Positions 63,251-64,000 of a stretch of 64,000 nt of DNA are shown here, in pieces. The stretch's first letter is position 1; each line of letters opens with the position of its first letter. A program made the position numbers and the translations under genes. The notes beneath the pieces are model-generated. The model saw only the letters and a program-made list of their open reading frames with translations. It did not search any database and was not told the origin of the DNA. This DNA comes from Blasia pusilla (Eukaryota). Location: the NCBI GenBank assembly GCA_050084515.1, contig CM114271.1:5766001-5830000 (forward strand), given 5' to 3'.

Positions 63251-64000
63251 TTACGCGTGTTCCACGTCTGCCTCCGCAATCCAAGTCGCCTCTTTCAAAT
63301 GGTAGCCCTTCCACTTGACCAAGTACTCGTACTTGTTGGCCCTACGCCTCAAACAAAAAATGGTCTCCACTTGAAACTCCGGTTCTTCATTCACGATTAT
63401 CGGATGCGGTCTCCACGCCTGTCTTTGCTCGGGACGCTCATTATCCGGAGGATACTTCTTCAAGAATGACACATAGAAAGTGGGATGTATCCTGAACTCT
63501 TCTGGTAGCTCCAATGTATACACGTTTTCAAACAGGTTTGCCTTAATCACATATAGTCCAACATACTTGGCATATAGCTTCGCGGAAAACTCCTTTGGAA
63601 GAGTGAGATTCTTCACACTCAGCCACACTTGTTCCCCAACTTGGAATCTCACTTGACACTTGCTCTTGTTAGCATGCTCTACGTACCTCACTTGAGCCTT
63701 TTCAAGGTTTCGCCTTGCTCGCTCCTAATCTCGCATTTCCGCTAACAAACCTTCTGCCGTGACTTGTCAGGTCTGTGCCGATGTAGTATCTTTGAAAGGT
63801 CCAGGTCAAGAGGCCCTTCTCGCTCACGTCCATAAGCCAAGAGAAACGAAGATTCTCTAGTTTCAGAATGCTTGGTTGAGTTGTAGCATAACTCCGCCAT
63901 ACTCAACTACTTCGCCCAATCTTTCTGGTCCGCGCTGACGTAATTCCTTAAGTACTGGTTCACGAGGGAGTTTACCTTTTCCGTTTGCCCATCCGTCTGC
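63251..64000 (-). pseudogene. Ty3/Gypsy chromovirus pol C-terminus: integrase core, GPY/F and chromodomain (in-frame stop; continues beyond window)
   Basis: QTDGQTEKVNSLVNQYLRNYV..DWAK*LSMAELCYNS; FQVGEQVWL..KYVGLYVI..IHPTFYVSFLK; chromodomain EFQVETI..EYLVKWKGY..EATW. Confidence 0.93.

Overview
This window is eukaryotic, intron-containing nuclear DNA of a land plant; a bryophyte such as a liverwort is my inference, not something the sequence proves. It holds two intact host genes whose exons I could splice by hand. One is a 4-exon PHLOEM UNLOADING MODULATOR-like (sphingomyelin/IPC-synthase family) gene on + (21664-28843, 439 aa). The other is a 10-coding-exon NDL/NDRG (SF21-like) gene on - (53132-56721, 347 aa). 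Most of the rest is nested, decayed transposable elements: Ty3/Gypsy remnants including a chromovirus, several solo-LTR-like elements, two different Helitron lineages, an RTE-like LINE, a MITE and a higher-order tandem repeat. The most unusual object is an ~8 kb minus-strand, intron-containing DNA transposon (~32.0-40.4 kb). It encodes a P-element/THAP9-like DDE transposase preceded by an EDM2/NSD-type multi-PHD histone-reader module and C2H2-like zinc fingers. Other oddities are a TG..CA element family with CG-centred 4-bp target duplications, a gag gene with its second half inverted, and a Helentron-like Rep apparently inside canonical Helitron ends. All family assignments come from motifs recognised by eye; no database searches were run.
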